Shown piece by piece: positions 9,062-20,155 of a stretch of DNA of 64,000 bases. This stretch comes from a virus (lineage: Duplodnaviria; Caudoviricetes). The stretch lies in the IMG/VR virus record IMGVR_UViG_3300023108_000002; one strand, 5' to 3'. How positions within the stretch are numbered: the first letter of the stretch is position 1; the number at the start of each line of letters is the position of its first letter. Under the pieces are notes generated by a model. The model did not search any database. It saw only the letters and a list, made by a program, of their open reading frames with translations, and was not told where the DNA came from. A program made the translations under genes and the position numbers.

Positions 9062-11314
9062 CTAACTAATTGCTTTATAAACATGAAATGAACCTTTATG
9101 ACTAAAGGACTGACCAGAGTGTGCAGTAGCCAAATATTCTCCAACTATGATGTGGTAGCCGTCCGCTGATATACCAATATCGGTTCCAAAATCTTCTTGG
9201 CTACTTGTTGGGTTTGGTTCTAAAACTTCTTTCCATTCCCAGTTACCGCTTGTAGTATTTTTTCTAAAAATGTAAACAGAGCCCATTCGACTAAGATAGC
9301 TAGCATAATATGACATTGCTGATGCTACTATTGTTTTGCCATCGCCATTAATTCCTACTGCTCTACCAAAGTAATATGAGTTGCCCCATGTTCCTTTTTC
9401 AGAGCTTGTTAGTTGAGACCAGCTGATAGTTTGTGTCGGTGTCATTGATTGTGAAGATGGAAGGGTTGTTATATCAAAAATGTTTATCTTACCATTGGTT
9501 GCAGCATTTGCTCCACCGGCGACAATAGTGTTTCCATCTGCGGAAATAGAGACATCCGCACCGTTCCACTCACCACTTTCTTGAAAATATTTAATTTGTG
9601 ATGATGTATTAGACCAATTGGTTGAAGTATCAGGACGAGTTATTAAGTAAACCCTAGATTGTGTACTATTGTTGTAACTAGGACAACCTACCACTAATCG
9701 TGTGCCGATTTCATTCATTTCCATTGCACCTCTATAGTTAGATTTAGTGCCTCGTCCTCTTCCTAGATATGAGTTTGTGGAATTTAAACTGCTTATGTCG
9801 GTCATATTAAATGATTCAGTAAAGGTTGTATTTTTATCTGCTCTTGAGTAAAATTTTATTCCGCCTCTATTACTGTACCAAGTAGGTCTGGCAGCTGCTA
9901 ATACTAATCCGTCACCTGAAATAGCAATAGAAAAGCCGAACTGCCCGCCGTCAGAAATAGTTTGATCTAGTGTCCAAGATGTTCCAGATCTTTTATAAAT
10001 TTTTACTTCATTTCTGCCTGGGTCACCAATAGCTACTGTAACACCTTCGTCGTCGATGGCTAAATCGGTTCCAAAATCCCCACTTTGGCTAGTAAATTCT
10101 GCTTGCTTGGCCCAGCTACCGTTTCCTGTTGAATCATGCCATATTTGCACCCATTCCGTAGTGTTCTGATCATGGCCTGTTGAGATTACGGCGTAGGTGC
10201 CGTCTTTATTTATTTCAGTCATAGATCCCCATTCTCTATTACTTTGATAATAGGGCATACTTTGAAGGTTATCAGCAGTTTTAGCATATGAATCCCACTC
10301 AGGGCTAGGAGCTACAAAAATCAAACTAAACACACTCGAAGCGGTTTCTTGATTTTCTCCATTGGACGCAATAAACGAAATTGTGAACTCCCCCGCATCC
10401 GCATTGTTTGTTGATGGAGTAATTGTAAATACATTACCTACATTAGTGATTGTGGTTTCGCCTAAGGTTCCGGCAGTAACTTGATGACTCCATTGCAAAG
10501 GAATTCCATCTGGGTCAGAACTTGAAAGTGTGATTGATAAAGGGGTTCCATCATTTGCAAGTTCATATGTTGCTGCATTTCCAGTAACTGCTGTGATTGG
10601 ATTGCTTATCAATGCAATATTATACCAACCTGTTCCATTAAACAAATATAATTTATTGTTCTCTGCAACATATGCTTGTGTTCCAGTATTTACTCCAGAT
10701 GTGGGTAATTGTGATAATAGATTATATGCGCTCATTGCTGGTGCTGAAGCTTGTTCTTGTGTTTCAATAGAATTATCAGAACTATCTAGAAACTGAATTG
10801 TGTTTCCAGCACCTCTTTTCATTTTAATAGGATTTCCTGTTCCATCATCAATAGTTACTTCTTTTGCTTTGATAGTTCTTGGATTTCCAGAAGTATCTCT
10901 GATATCAATACCAGTACCATCATCGGATATTTTACTGTCTCCGATAACAGCAGTATTTCCACTCAGATACAAATCTTTGAATCTATTTGTAGATGAACCT
11001 AAATCGTGTACAATATTTTGATCTGGTATCAAATCTCCAGTGATTGTGGAAAGAGTTGTGACTGTGATTGATGCAGGGTTTAGAACTTGTTTGATTGCTC
11101 CTGCAAGTCTTGCGACATCATCAGCTGATGCAGAACCAACCAACGCATTTGCTCTTGCATTGATTGCATCTTCTAAAGACTTGTCTTCTCCAAGATTTAA
11201 TGCCTTTACTGCTCTCGCAAGAGAAACTAACTCTGCAACATTTGCAGTTGGAATTCCATTCTCAATTTTTGTTTTGAGTGCTGCAATTGATGTGGATAGA
11301 TCGCTGTCTGCCAT
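9062..11314 (-). CDS. Fibre protein with an FG-GAP-like beta-propeller head
   Basis: MADSDLSTSI N-terminus, DLGSSTNRFKDLYLS motif, DPDG module, repeats FG.(D/S/A)(L/I/V).IS.DG....V.G. Confidence 0.8.
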   Translation of the reverse strand: MADSDLSTSIAALKTKIENGIPTANVAELVSLARAVKALNLGEDKSLEDAINARANALVGSASADDVARLAGAIKQVLNPASITVTTLSTITGDLIPDQNIVHDLGSSTNRFKDLYLSGNTAVIGDSKISDDGTGIDIRDTSGNPRTIKAKEVTIDDGTGNPIKMKRGAGNTIQFLDSSDNSIETQEQASAPAMSAYNLLSQLPTSGVNTGTQAYVAENNKLYLFNGTGWYNIALISNPITAVTGNAATYELANDGTPLSITLSSSDPDGIPLQWSHQVTAGTLGETTITNVGNVFTITPSTNNADAGEFTISFIASNGENQETASSVFSLIFVAPSPEWDSYAKTADNLQSMPYYQSNREWGSMTEINKDGTYAVISTGHDQNTTEWVQIWHDSTGNGSWAKQAEFTSQSGDFGTDLAIDDEGVTVAIGDPGRNEVKIYKRSGTSWTLDQTISDGGQFGFSIAISGDGLVLAAARPTWYSNRGGIKFYSRADKNTTFTESFNMTDISSLNSTNSYLGRGRGTKSNYRGAMEMNEIGTRLVVGCPSYNNSTQSRVYLITRPDTSTNWSNTSSQIKYFQESGEWNGADVSISADGNTIVAGGANAATNGKINIFDITTLPSSQSMTPTQTISWSQLTSSEKGTWGNSYYFGRAVGINGDGKTIVASAMSYYASYLSRMGSVYIFRKNTTSGNWEWKEVLEPNPTSSQEDFGTDIGISADGYHIIVGEYLATAHSGQSFSHKGSFHVYKAIS

Positions 11315-11323
11315 GAGATTTCC

Positions 11324-13231
11324 TTATACTGTTGTTTCGCCTGCTGTCGAAGATGCCTGATCTACATTGGTTGATGGGAAAGATCTTCCATCTCCCCAAA
11401 TGATCCGAACAACGCCTTGACCGGCAGTTTCCCCATTGTAGTTGCTATTAAAATTAAAGGATCCAGGCCCACCGGCGCCGTAATTTTTGTCGTTATTAGA
11501 ATCTAATGGATCAATGCTCGTTCCACCAGAACCTGATCTTCCAGATGATGCGTTACCATTTCGGCCCTGACCATATACACCAACACCACCACCAGCAGTT
11601 CCATGAGCACTACCAAAAGCTTGCATTGTTTTTCCTCCCGCTCCAGAACCACCAGTACCATTTTGTCCTGAATTGGTGTCGGGAGATGCATCGCCGCCAT
11701 TGCCAGAATATCCTCCAGCACCACCGCCCCCTCCGGCGGCCATTGATTGAGTACCTCTATCACCTTTTCCTCTACCACCTCCATGGCCACCAGTGGTCGC
11801 ACTGCCCAATACAGTCGAGTTACCAAACACATTGGTTCCACCAGAAGCTTCGGGCGCGGGCCCGCCTGCAACACGATTGCCACCCGAACCACCGCCCGCT
11901 TGAAAGATGATGACTCCATCTTTACTTACAAAACTCGCCTCGCCGCTATTTCCGCTGTTATGGGTGCTTGCCCCGCCGGTTACGGGAGCGCCCCCTGCCC
12001 CCACTTTTACTGTATATTGTTCTCCAGCTGTGACTGAAAAATTATTAACATATGCAAGCGCTGCTCCACCACCACCAGTACCACTATTTTCTGGTTGATG
12101 TCCGACTACCGCACCACTTCCGCCTCCACCAACACCAACCATAGATATACTAGTTACACCATCTGGCACAGTCCAAGTATGAGTTCCCACAGATGTAAAG
12201 AGAACGCCAGCTGGCGGCGGCGCAAATGCCAGTGAAAAATCACTACTCGCAATAGATTGATTAACGCCATCAGATGCTGAGAATGTTAGAGTAAATGTTC
12301 CAGCATCAGCTTCTGTTGCACTTGGTGTGATGGTAAATACATTATCTGCTTGGGCCACTGTTGCGGTGGAACCTAATGCTCCAGTTGTTACCTGATAACT
12401 CCATGTTAAAGGAAGTCCTTCTGGATCGGTTGCATTCAAAGTTACAACAGTAGGAGTTCCATCAATTGCAAGATCATATGTTGCATTTGCTCCAGAGATC
12501 GCAGATGGAGTTTGATTGACAAGCGCAATATTATACCAACCAGTTCCTGTCCATAAGAACAATTTATTATTTTCAGACACAAAGGCTTGAGTTCCAGCAT
12601 CTACTCCAGTGAGTGGTAGTTCAGACATCAAAGAATATGCACCAACTGTTGCTCCAGTAGATGCAGTTGAAACTGCTCCAGTATCATTTCCAGAATTATC
12701 TATTGTTCTAAAATCTAACTTACCCTGTGCATTTCTTTTTAACCGAATCTTTCCAGAACCATCGTCCAGATCAATCTCTTTAGCTTTCATTTTTCTTGGA
12801 TTATCTGATGAGTCTAAGAATTTAAGTTCTGTTCCATCATCTTGTATCTTAGTGTCTCCCAAGAACATTGTATTTCCGCTGATATACAAGTCTTTGAATC
12901 TATTAGATGCGCTACCTAAATCATATGCTTCATTAGTATCTGGAATTAAATCTCCAGTTACTGATGTAAAATTGGTAACAGTGATTGCAGCAGGGTTTAG
13001 AAATTGTTTTATGACTGTTGCGAGTTTAGAAACTTCATCACTTGTTGCAGTTGATGCCAGAGCATTTACTCTAGTGTTGATTGCTTGTTCCAGAGAAGAA
13101 TCTTCTCCTAGATTCATACCTTTCGCAGACCTTGCAATACTTACCAGTTCATCTACAGTAGCAGTAGGAATTGCGTTCAAGAGTTCTGTTTTGAGAGCTG
13201 CTATTGAGGTGTCTAAATTGCTGTCCGCCAT
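11324..13231 (-). CDS. Fibre protein with a glycine-rich head, paralog of 9062-11314
   Basis: MADSNLDTSI N-terminal half is closely similar to the neighbouring gene. C-terminus is WTVPDGVTSISMVGVGGGGSG...GVVRIIWG. Confidence 0.8.
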   Translation of the reverse strand: MADSNLDTSIAALKTELLNAIPTATVDELVSIARSAKGMNLGEDSSLEQAINTRVNALASTATSDEVSKLATVIKQFLNPAAITVTNFTSVTGDLIPDTNEAYDLGSASNRFKDLYISGNTMFLGDTKIQDDGTELKFLDSSDNPRKMKAKEIDLDDGSGKIRLKRNAQGKLDFRTIDNSGNDTGAVSTASTGATVGAYSLMSELPLTGVDAGTQAFVSENNKLFLWTGTGWYNIALVNQTPSAISGANATYDLAIDGTPTVVTLNATDPEGLPLTWSYQVTTGALGSTATVAQADNVFTITPSATEADAGTFTLTFSASDGVNQSIASSDFSLAFAPPPAGVLFTSVGTHTWTVPDGVTSISMVGVGGGGSGAVVGHQPENSGTGGGGAALAYVNNFSVTAGEQYTVKVGAGGAPVTGGASTHNSGNSGEASFVSKDGVIIFQAGGGSGGNRVAGGPAPEASGGTNVFGNSTVLGSATTGGHGGGRGKGDRGTQSMAAGGGGGAGGYSGNGGDASPDTNSGQNGTGGSGAGGKTMQAFGSAHGTAGGGVGVYGQGRNGNASSGRSGSGGTSIDPLDSNNDKNYGAGGPGSFNFNSNYNGETAGQGVVRIIWGDGRSFPSTNVDQASSTAGETTV

Positions 13232-13250
13232 TGTAAATCCTTTTTAGTAT

Positions 13251-13258
13251 TATTTATA
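13251..13258 (-). promoter_or_regulatory. T4-type late promoter
   Basis: TATAAATA on the minus strand 20 nt upstream of the 13231 start. Confidence 0.75.
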
Positions 13259-13285
13259 ATTAATTTTTATCTTTTGTTTATCCAA

Positions 13286-14782
13286 TTAAACTGTATATTT
13301 GTCTATTTGACTGTTTTGACGGTCAAAAACGAACATTGAAGTGCCATCGTTTAAGAAACAGGCACCTAATGGATTGACGTTTGCGGAAGCGGCACCACTA
13401 CTTGAAAATTGTTTTGAGCCACCTGTCACAGTAGATAAATTGTTTAAATCTAAAGGATTTGCTGGATCAAATTGTTTTTGGGTATATGTTCTTGAAAAAT
13501 TGCCCGCTGAATAGATTAGGTATTTATCGTCAGGACTAAGTTGGACATCGTTGCATGGCGTACTTCCTGCAACCTGAACTTCTTGTGCTGGTGAAGTTCC
13601 TATAGTATTGATATCAAAGGGAGTAGAGAGATCCCAACGAGCAATGTAGTTGTAGTTGACAGCACAGAGAAATAATTTTGTTCCATCACTAGACAAAGCT
13701 ATTCCAGTAATATCAAAGCCAGGTTGGTTTGAAGGCCTATTCCTAGTAACCGTACCAGTACAACTACTAGAGCCTACTGTTCCACTTAATCCGTTACCAT
13801 TAGTATTTACTGTCGTATTTAAATTATAATTCCATTGATAAAATTTTAAATTGCCGCCCCCAGAATTATGCTCCGCAGCAAATATTCTAGTACCGTCTTG
13901 GCTTGCAGTAATCGCCCAATAACCTCCAAGTGTACTATTACCAGTACTACCTATATTGCGTTGTGTTGTAGTAGGACTTTTATGAGTGGTGTGTTCTAAT
14001 ACTACAGGATTGTAGGCGGCACTTACAAAAGAAAAATCTCCTTCGGGAGTACAATAATAATCATTGGCTTGACTTGGAACAGTTACAGACCCACTAGTAA
14101 CACTACCACTAAGTGTATTTAAAATAGGATATTGTACCCCAAAAGTCAAAGAAAATTCACTACTTGCATTTACTGCTCCATTGATACCGTCAGTAGCACT
14201 AAATGTCAACTCAAATGTTCCAGCATCTGACTCTGTAGTGCTGGGTGTAATCGTGAAAACATTATCTACTTGTGATACGGTTGCTATTGTTCCTAAAGAA
14301 CCAGATGTGACTGCATAACTCCATGTCAGAGGGAATCCTTCTGGGTCTGTAGACACCGCTGTGATTACAGTTGCCGTACCATCAGTTGCTAATTCATAGG
14401 TTCCATCTACTCCAGTAATCGCACTAGGAGAATCATTTTGTACTGTAGCAATCTTATACCAACCAGAACCATTATAAACGTATATATTATTTGTTGCGGT
14501 AACTAATCCAAAATCTCCATTAGACATACCAGTAGCGGCTATTAATGCTGCCATATCTGCGTAAATCGCCGCGCCGGCATTGCCCAATACTCCTCCAGTA
14601 TCAGTTAAATCAGACACATCTGCTGGAATGAGACTTGTTGTATCTGTCAAATCTGATAGATCGGATATTGCACCAGAAGTTACTATTTTCCAAACTCCTG
14701 ATGCTGAATTATATCTATATGTTCTTCCATTAGTGACAAATGTTTGGTTGTCACTTGGACTATTTGGAAAGTTTATCGCCAT
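13286..14782 (-). CDS. Fibre protein with a beta-propeller-like head
   Basis: MAINFPNSP start, DLSDLTDT linker, DPEG module, S.DGT(R/K)(I/L)F repeats. Confidence 0.8.
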   Translation of the reverse strand: MAINFPNSPSDNQTFVTNGRTYRYNSASGVWKIVTSGAISDLSDLTDTTSLIPADVSDLTDTGGVLGNAGAAIYADMAALIAATGMSNGDFGLVTATNNIYVYNGSGWYKIATVQNDSPSAITGVDGTYELATDGTATVITAVSTDPEGFPLTWSYAVTSGSLGTIATVSQVDNVFTITPSTTESDAGTFELTFSATDGINGAVNASSEFSLTFGVQYPILNTLSGSVTSGSVTVPSQANDYYCTPEGDFSFVSAAYNPVVLEHTTHKSPTTTQRNIGSTGNSTLGGYWAITASQDGTRIFAAEHNSGGGNLKFYQWNYNLNTTVNTNGNGLSGTVGSSSCTGTVTRNRPSNQPGFDITGIALSSDGTKLFLCAVNYNYIARWDLSTPFDINTIGTSPAQEVQVAGSTPCNDVQLSPDDKYLIYSAGNFSRTYTQKQFDPANPLDLNNLSTVTGGSKQFSSSGAASANVNPLGACFLNDGTSMFVFDRQNSQIDKYTV

Positions 14783-14812
14783 TTGTCTGTCCTTTAAGTT
14801 ATCTCTTATGGT

Positions 14813-16285
14813 TTAAGGTTGTTGTCTCCAATATAATCTTACAGAGTTATCTTGCTGATCTCTAAGTCCGTAAACCCAATTTCCATCCCAAGAAATATGT
14901 GCCTTTTGAATATTCGCACCTACTCCAAAGCTTCCTCCAGTTGTGTAGGAACCTGCTGTTGATAAATCCCAAGCGGTAGTTAATGGAATAGTAGAAGCTG
15001 TTCCGCCATATGCAGAGACTACATATAAAACTGTTCCAAGAGGATTAAATTGTATTGAAGTAATAGTTCTCACTGAATTATTAGCATATGTACTCCAGAA
15101 ATTAAATGTGTTTGCCAATGTACGAGATGATGTGTCAAAGGCCGCGCCTAAGTTATATGTTTTAACTTGATTGTCACTAGTTTGGTTGCCAGAAAGAACA
15201 AATAATTTCATTCCATCTGTAGAGAATTTTAAATCATATATAATAGCCGACTCAGTAAATACACTTACTGTGCTTGCTTGGGTATTACTGTTGAATGCAG
15301 TATTTAAATTTGCATATTTTACTGTTTGCTGATCACCATAGTATAATTTTGTTCCATCTTCAATATAATCTAAAGCATAAAGCGCTTTTATATTAATATC
15401 TCCTGTTTGAGCAAATGCAAGAGTGCTTGGATCATATGGAGTAGACATAGTAAAATCAACGGGCTTCCCGCCGCCAATTTGATCACTAATTGTCATTTTT
15501 GTACCATCTCTGCTTACAGATATTGCACCAGACCTATACCACGTACTCCCTACTCCATTTGCAAACCCGCCATAAGTGCTCAATAAAACATTGGAAGTAG
15601 ATCCCCAAGTACTGGTCATAGTTGAAAATGTAGTTGTCCAATTAGGTGTAAAGATTAGAGTTAAACTTGTATTCGCACTAACCGCACCATTAACACCATC
15701 AGTGGCACTAATTGTAAGAGTGAATGTCCCATCATTGGCACTATCAGTACTAGGTGTAATAGTAAATACATTATCCACTTGACTCACTGTAGCAATATTT
15801 CCCAAACCAGAAGTAGAATAAGTCCATGTAAGAGGAAATCCATCTGGGTCTGTAGAAACTGCTGTAATAACTGTTGGAGTTCCATCAGTTGCTAGTTCAT
15901 AGGTTCCATCTACTCCAGTGATTGCTGATGGAGAATCATTCTGCACAGTTGCTATTTTATACCAACCAGAACCATTATAAACGTATATATTATTGTTTGC
16001 AGTGACTAATCCAAAATCTCCATTAGACATACCAGTTGCAGCTATTAGTGCTGCCATATCCGCATATACAGTAGCACCACCACTATCTAATAAACCAGTG
16101 TTGTCTGCCAAATCAGAAACATCTGCTGGAATGAGACTTGTTGTATCAGTTAGTTCAGAAATATCTGAACCTACACCAGCAGCTAATATTTTCCAGGCTC
16201 CTGTTGCTGAATTATATCTATATGTTCTTCCATTTGTAGTAAATGTTTGATTATCACTAGGACTATCTGGAAAGTTTACTGCCAC
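14813..16285 (-). CDS. Fibre protein with a beta-propeller-like head, tandem paralog of 13286-14782
   Basis: First ~210 aa nearly identical to the neighbouring gene. Divergent DGTK/TAWDLS-repeat C-terminus. Confidence 0.8.
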   Translation of the reverse strand: MAVNFPDSPSDNQTFTTNGRTYRYNSATGAWKILAAGVGSDISELTDTTSLIPADVSDLADNTGLLDSGGATVYADMAALIAATGMSNGDFGLVTANNNIYVYNGSGWYKIATVQNDSPSAITGVDGTYELATDGTPTVITAVSTDPDGFPLTWTYSTSGLGNIATVSQVDNVFTITPSTDSANDGTFTLTISATDGVNGAVSANTSLTLIFTPNWTTTFSTMTSTWGSTSNVLLSTYGGFANGVGSTWYRSGAISVSRDGTKMTISDQIGGGKPVDFTMSTPYDPSTLAFAQTGDINIKALYALDYIEDGTKLYYGDQQTVKYANLNTAFNSNTQASTVSVFTESAIIYDLKFSTDGMKLFVLSGNQTSDNQVKTYNLGAAFDTSSRTLANTFNFWSTYANNSVRTITSIQFNPLGTVLYVVSAYGGTASTIPLTTAWDLSTAGSYTTGGSFGVGANIQKAHISWDGNWVYGLRDQQDNSVRLYWRQQP

Positions 16286-16286
16286 T

Positions 16287-19200
16287 TTAGATTACCCTTA
16301 TCTTTAAGTTTTGTGCTGCAAGAGATTTGATTTTTACTTTATTTAGAGCCGGAAACTCTGCTTCATAATCAGTTCCATTGATTGCCTGTCTCACTAATGC
16401 TTCTGCCTGATATCCAATAGTAACACCATCCGATAGTGGAGATGCTCCAGATGTTGCATATGGTGCAATCATCAAGTCTAGTGTATCTCCAAGAACATAG
16501 TGGTTTGGATCTGTGACTGCTTGGAGTTGTGCTTTGTCCATTCTGTTAAATGACTGAGCCCCTAGTGCTTCTTGTAGTGTTGCATGTTCGTTGTTATTTG
16601 TGCCGTTAACCCAAGTTTCAGATGTGGAATAACCAACAGTAGTTGAGCCTGTAGAATATTGATAAATTGTGTCGTTGCCGTCATTACCCACAATATACAT
16701 TTTCTGACCGCTATTACCAAAACATAACCCCTGTGAATTGTTATCTTGTTCAAAAGTATCATATGATACTAATGGCGAAGATATAGAAGCTGTACTTATG
16801 TCAAAAGCAACACTTAAATTATGTAACTCAACTTTATCATTGCCAGATATGTTAAGTATGAATAATTTTGTACCGTCACCATTAAAGGCAAAGCTTTCGC
16901 TGTATGCTGTATAAGTATATGCATCAACATAAGTTAAATTAGTTATATCCCATGCTGTAGAGAGAGTATATTCATGAATTTTATATGCATTTCTATCCAT
17001 GGCAAACAACTTAGTGCCGTTATTATTAAAGTTAAAATCAAAGAGTCCCGTTTGAGCATTACTGCTGACAGTGGTTAAGGCAGTACTCGTTGTTCCTGAG
17101 CCTGCTGTTGAAAGATCATAAGCAGTACTAAGATCAAAACTTTCAACTTTATATGTATTAGCGTCACAAGTAAACACTTTGTGACCTGTAGAGGAAAATC
17201 TACATCCTACAAGAGTTGTTCCATGAGGATCAATTTTATTTACATAAGTGGCTGTACTTACATCAAAAGCAGTTGAAAGTGTAAAATAGTGGAGATCATC
17301 AACAAATGAACCAGCCACAATCAAGTGCAACCCATCACTACTAATATCTACGGCCCGCGCCGTAGATTCGTATGCATTAACATCTAAACTTTTACTATCG
17401 TAAGATGCATTTGCAATATCAAATCCTACTGTAACAGTTGTTCCAGCATCATTATTATACTGCCAAGTTCCAGAGTTATTCTTAACAATCTTTCTTACGC
17501 CGTCACCATCTTTGATAACACTCCAAGATGTTCTGTCATCTGTAGAAACTGCATAGAATACATCACCATCATTCTTGGTTTCATCTGCAACCATAGAATC
17601 GAGATCGACCCACGATGATGAATTGATTTGACCAGTAGAACCAGTTAGGACTGGAGAATATTGAGAGTATGGATGTGCTGATGAAGTTCCGCCCGTAATT
17701 TCAAAAATTTTCTTTGTTGACATATCACATAACCACAACCTTTTTTTATCATAAGACATTAATGTTCTAGCAGCGTAAGCACTGACACCAGCATCGCCCG
17801 TAAGAGTTCTGAAATCAATGTTACCAATATTATTCAAGGAGCTGCTTCCTACACTAAAATAACTTGGCAATGTCAAACTATAGCCTAAACCAGCCGTGCC
17901 GCCTGAATATCCCCGTAGCACTGAAAGTCCATCCTCAGATACTACGAAAGAATAAGGTATAGTTCCAGTTGTTACGTCTGCATACGATACATATGTCATT
18001 GTTGACATGTCATAAGCCGTGCTAAGTGTATATTCTGCAAGTCCGTCATAAGCACTATTGTCATAATATCCGACTAGAAGTTTTGTCCCATCAGAATTAA
18101 ATTCGAAAGCATATGGTTGCAAGGTTGTTGTGCTTGGTGCTCCACCACCACCACTTGTACTGTTCCAAGATCCTCCACTATTGAAATAATAGTAACCAAC
18201 GTAACTAGCTGTACTAGGATCCCAAGCAGTACTCATAGTAAAATATTTTATACGATTTGCGCCAGTGTCACTAATCCAAATTTTTGTACCGTCTGGATGA
18301 ACCCACAGCCATTTCACACCTGAAGTCATTTCATTAGTATTTACTTTTGTAGCATCTTCAGTTAATGTACTAAGATCAAATGGTATCGACAAATCATATC
18401 TAGTGAATTTATATCCAGTACTTAATCCCGCCACCATAACTATTGCGATAGTACCCTCGCTATTAAATCCCACATGTACTATATTAGTTATTGCACTTGA
18501 AACATTATTATTATAATTCATTGTTGCTCCTACACCATTACCACTCGTAGGAAATATGACAGGAGTAGAAGTAGAATAGCCACTCAATTCAATACCAGAC
18601 CCATCAGCCTTACCTTCAGCACCAAATAGCTGCCAAGAAGAAATTGTAGAAGTATCTGCAAAAGCAGTAACTGACTTATATGCACCAGCAGTAGATGTAA
18701 TAATAGCGGATCCAGAGTTACCTATAACTTTTTTACCTACGTCAGATGAAGAGAAAGCAGATGGTATAGATGTTTGAGCAATACGAATAGGCGCGGCCGC
18801 CCCCGTTCCACCAATCATGTAAGTATTTCCCGAATTATCTCTGGAAAATCTTGGATAGTATCCCCATCCATGCACGCCCGTTTCTTCTACATATACAGCA
18901 GTCGTAATATCAAATGCTGTTGATAAATTAAATTTATATGCAAACTGTTGTGGATATGAATTGCCTCTTGCACTTACCAACAATAAAGTTCCGTCATTAC
19001 TAAACATTGCATTATATAAATTGCCCCAATCTATAGTTACCCCAGCAGCAGTCAATATGGTAGATAAATCTACTTCTTGCTTCGATCCAGCAGTAGTAAT
19101 ATCCCATGCAGTTGACATTGTGTATCTTGCTACATAGTTCCCATTGCAATATAAAATATAATCACCATTATTGGAAGGATTTGGAGGGCCTGCTTGCCAA

Positions 19201-20144
19201 TTTGTTGTAGATGGAATACCGTTTCCGCTCGGTATAAATGTTTTGTTTTGATAGGAAATTGTACTAGCATCCCAAGGAGTACTTAATTGGTATTGATGCG
19301 TTGTCTCTTTTCTATGAATATACATATAAGTACCACTTTCATCAATTCCAAAATTACTTGTTCTATGGTCACTTGTAGTGCCTCCTTGAGTCACATCAAA
19401 ATAAGCAGATTGATTTGAATAATCTGCCACTGTAGTACTATAAGCAACGGCAACATTAAATCCATGAATTCTTTGTTTATGTATTTGAGAGGTATGAACC
19501 TGCAATGTCAGAGCTTTGGTTCCGTCAGGACTCATAGCAAAAGTGTATAATTCTGGTGAACTCCCATCAGTGAGATTATTATTAATAAGTAAATTGCTTA
19601 AAGTAACCTCATATCCGGCCTCATTTCCATAATCTGGAATGGTCGCCGCTATTTGGTGTGTTGAAATTATAGGATCGCTACTTGTAAAAGTACCATCGCC
19701 AGTTGCGCTTGGAGTTAAACTAATCGATGAATAAGAAATAGGCTTTTCATCAAAGAAGTCATAATTGGTTGCGTTTGCGTTAACATCCCAATTTCCTTTG
19801 GATGTCAGTCCTCCTTGTGGGACTTCTTTGAACACACTTACATTTGGAACTGGAGAGATGTTTTCTGAGAGTGTTATTTCAGTTTCTTCGTTTTGTGTAA
19901 ATGTTTTTGTGAGTGTGCCCAAAGCACCAGCAGTAGATGAAGTTGGCGCTCCAGCAAGACTTGAATATTGGCCATCAAAGAGCAGATTGGTTGTATCTGT
20001 TAAATCTGATATATCTGCTGGAATAGGACTTGTTGCCTCTGGTCTTCTATTCCACACTCCAGTGGTTGAATTGTATTCATACGACTTTCCACCAGATGTA
20101 AAAATCTGTCCATTTGTCGGTGAATTTGGAAAATTGATTGCCAT
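16287..20144 (-). CDS. Large fibre/virion protein with several TAWD-repeat propellers
   Basis: 1285 aa, MAINFP start, repeated F..DGT.../L.TAWD(I/L)T blades. Confidence 0.8.
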   Translation of the reverse strand: MAINFPNSPTNGQIFTSGGKSYEYNSTTGVWNRRPEATSPIPADISDLTDTTNLLFDGQYSSLAGAPTSSTAGALGTLTKTFTQNEETEITLSENISPVPNVSVFKEVPQGGLTSKGNWDVNANATNYDFFDEKPISYSSISLTPSATGDGTFTSSDPIISTHQIAATIPDYGNEAGYEVTLSNLLINNNLTDGSSPELYTFAMSPDGTKALTLQVHTSQIHKQRIHGFNVAVAYSTTVADYSNQSAYFDVTQGGTTSDHRTSNFGIDESGTYMYIHRKETTHQYQLSTPWDASTISYQNKTFIPSGNGIPSTTNWQAGPPNPSNNGDYILYCNGNYVARYTMSTAWDITTAGSKQEVDLSTILTAAGVTIDWGNLYNAMFSNDGTLLLVSARGNSYPQQFAYKFNLSTAFDITTAVYVEETGVHGWGYYPRFSRDNSGNTYMIGGTGAAAPIRIAQTSIPSAFSSSDVGKKVIGNSGSAIITSTAGAYKSVTAFADTSTISSWQLFGAEGKADGSGIELSGYSTSTPVIFPTSGNGVGATMNYNNNVSSAITNIVHVGFNSEGTIAIVMVAGLSTGYKFTRYDLSIPFDLSTLTEDATKVNTNEMTSGVKWLWVHPDGTKIWISDTGANRIKYFTMSTAWDPSTASYVGYYYFNSGGSWNSTSGGGGAPSTTTLQPYAFEFNSDGTKLLVGYYDNSAYDGLAEYTLSTAYDMSTMTYVSYADVTTGTIPYSFVVSEDGLSVLRGYSGGTAGLGYSLTLPSYFSVGSSSLNNIGNIDFRTLTGDAGVSAYAARTLMSYDKKRLWLCDMSTKKIFEITGGTSSAHPYSQYSPVLTGSTGQINSSSWVDLDSMVADETKNDGDVFYAVSTDDRTSWSVIKDGDGVRKIVKNNSGTWQYNNDAGTTVTVGFDIANASYDSKSLDVNAYESTARAVDISSDGLHLIVAGSFVDDLHYFTLSTAFDVSTATYVNKIDPHGTTLVGCRFSSTGHKVFTCDANTYKVESFDLSTAYDLSTAGSGTTSTALTTVSSNAQTGLFDFNFNNNGTKLFAMDRNAYKIHEYTLSTAWDITNLTYVDAYTYTAYSESFAFNGDGTKLFILNISGNDKVELHNLSVAFDISTASISSPLVSYDTFEQDNNSQGLCFGNSGQKMYIVGNDGNDTIYQYSTGSTTVGYSTSETWVNGTNNNEHATLQEALGAQSFNRMDKAQLQAVTDPNHYVLGDTLDLMIAPYATSGASPLSDGVTIGYQAEALVRQAINGTDYEAEFPALNKVKIKSLAAQNLKIRVI

Positions 20145-20155
20145 TTGTTTGTTCC

